Shown in pieces: positions 62,594-64,000 of a DNA stretch of 64,000 nt; the stretch's first letter is position 1, and each line of letters starts with the position of its first letter. Made by a program: the position numbers and the translations under genes. The DNA comes from the human T2T-CHM13v2.0 reference genome, Homo sapiens: the NCBI RefSeq assembly GCF_009914755.1, contig NC_060946.1. The stretch is one strand, 5' to 3'. The notes beneath the pieces are model-generated. The model saw only the letters and a list, made by a program, of their open reading frames with translations, had not been told where the DNA came from and did no database searches.

Positions 62594-63909
62594 GAACGAG
62601 GAGGGAACATAGAACAGGTGAGATGAGGCCTAGAATGGGCCCACTATATAGGGTGACTAGTAGGTCACTATGAAATTAGTTCATATGTGTCATCTCCTTC
62701 CATCCTTACGGTCCCTTGTGAGGAAAATAAGGCCAAGTACCATATCTTTATTTTAGGATAAATAAACTGAGGCTAAAAGAGATTAAGATCATACAGTTCT
62801 TTTTGCTATCCAAGAGTGTCCTCAAAAAAGTTGTTTTACAGGTGCTCATCAAAAGGAGATGTTAAATGAGCAATACTAATTCTTACAGCAAATGTCAATG
62901 GACACAGATGATAACCACACATGGGTCCCAATGCTGGTCTTCCAGCTTCTTCAATTTTGGTAATATAAAGAAGATCCTAACAGAAGCATTAAATTCCTTA
63001 TAGACAATCACCTAGAAACATACCTAATGAGGATCCTTGCCATCATCCTTCCACTCAGGGTACCTTGGTTACTACTGAAAGAATACATCATAAGCTAAAG
63101 GGATTCCTCAAGTGGAAGAAAGGATCATCTATCCCTAACCATGAGAACCACTGTGGGAATGAGAGGTTGAGAGCTTTCGAAAGATGATTATTTCTCAACT
63201 TCATTCCTTTGGGATATGTCACAGCCAGTAAGGGAGAAATTGGAAAAAGCAGCTTTCACAAGCTGCCAAATCCATGTCCTAGTCCCAAGGGATAATTAGC
63301 CAGTGAGGTTTTGTGGAGCTGATGTAATGTTGGCAGAGGCTAATGTTTTATGGTTGAACATGTAGCCTCTTGAGTTTTAGCTACAGGGCTAAAAGGATGA
63401 CATCCTGAAAAGCTAAGAAATTCATACCCATAACACCACCACTTCGCAATGTGCATCTTAAAAGTAATTTGTAAACTTTAACTGATCCATCTTTATCATG
63501 ATTAGTTATGAACATTTGTTAAACTATAAATTCTCTAAATTTTATTTTATGTAACTATTTTGCTATGAAAAGAAATTTCTAGGTAACACAGACAATTTAG
63601 AAAGCTTAAAGTAACAAAATAATTAGAAGAAAGGAAAGTTTTACAAGGAGTGAGTCTGTTTGTGGCACTTTCATCCCACTACCACCACACCAAGTTTAAA
63701 GCCATCTGATGAGCTTATGAAAACAATTTTTGAAACTGAGTAGTCTAAGCCAAAAGTGTTCAGGAGTACCAAATCTCTCACAAAAAGTGTCAATCTTAGA
63801 AACCTTAGAAGTATTCTGAGATGCAGGAGGTAAGAATTAACGGACAAGAAGCAGAAATATTAAAACACTAACACTCTTGGTTTGAGTTTGAGCTGTTAAA
63901 CTTCTTGCA

Positions 63910-64000
63910 GGCCTGGCACGGTGGCTCACGCCTGTAATCCCACCACTTTAGGAGGCCAAGGCGGGTGGATGACCTGAGATCAGGAGTTCGAGACCAGCCT
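63910..64000 (+). mobile_element. Alu 5' part (cut by window edge)
   Basis: ggcctggcacggtggctcacgcctgtaatccc start. Confidence 0.9.

Overview
Human (primate) genomic DNA, very Alu-dense, lying wholly inside the minus-strand MRTFA (MKL1/MAL) gene. The one unambiguous coding exon is the 66-nt phase-1/1 exon at 13614-13679 (-), encoding (V)LQLKLQQRRTREELVSQGIMP(P), which is RPEL1 plus the internal MPPLKS Met. The best discovery is a candidate alternative 5' coding exon at about 42409-42619 (-) in a repeat-free island. It encodes MLEEKAKIHQ...HSLRE, ends in a phase-1 GT donor that would join the RPEL1 exon in frame, and resembles the recalled MRTFB N-terminus (MIDSSKKQQQ...KSLKE-VLQL). Its ATG is at the centre of a perfect 24-bp palindrome. 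Other structures of note: a TSD-flanked SVA_F1-type element carrying a MAST2 exon-1 fragment, sense to MRTFA; an L1-retrocopied R-U5-PBS...PPT-U3-R-polyA mini-ERV transcript; a second LTR-less ERV-internal retrocopy; an AluY whose TSDs enclose a 103-bp non-Alu segment also found behind another Alu 3.4 kb away; a near-perfect 319-bp tandem duplication; and serial Alu insertions into one 16-bp target. Nearly all ORF-track entries are Alu, SVA or microsatellite artefacts. Repeat subfamily names come from recalled consensus features, not from a database search.
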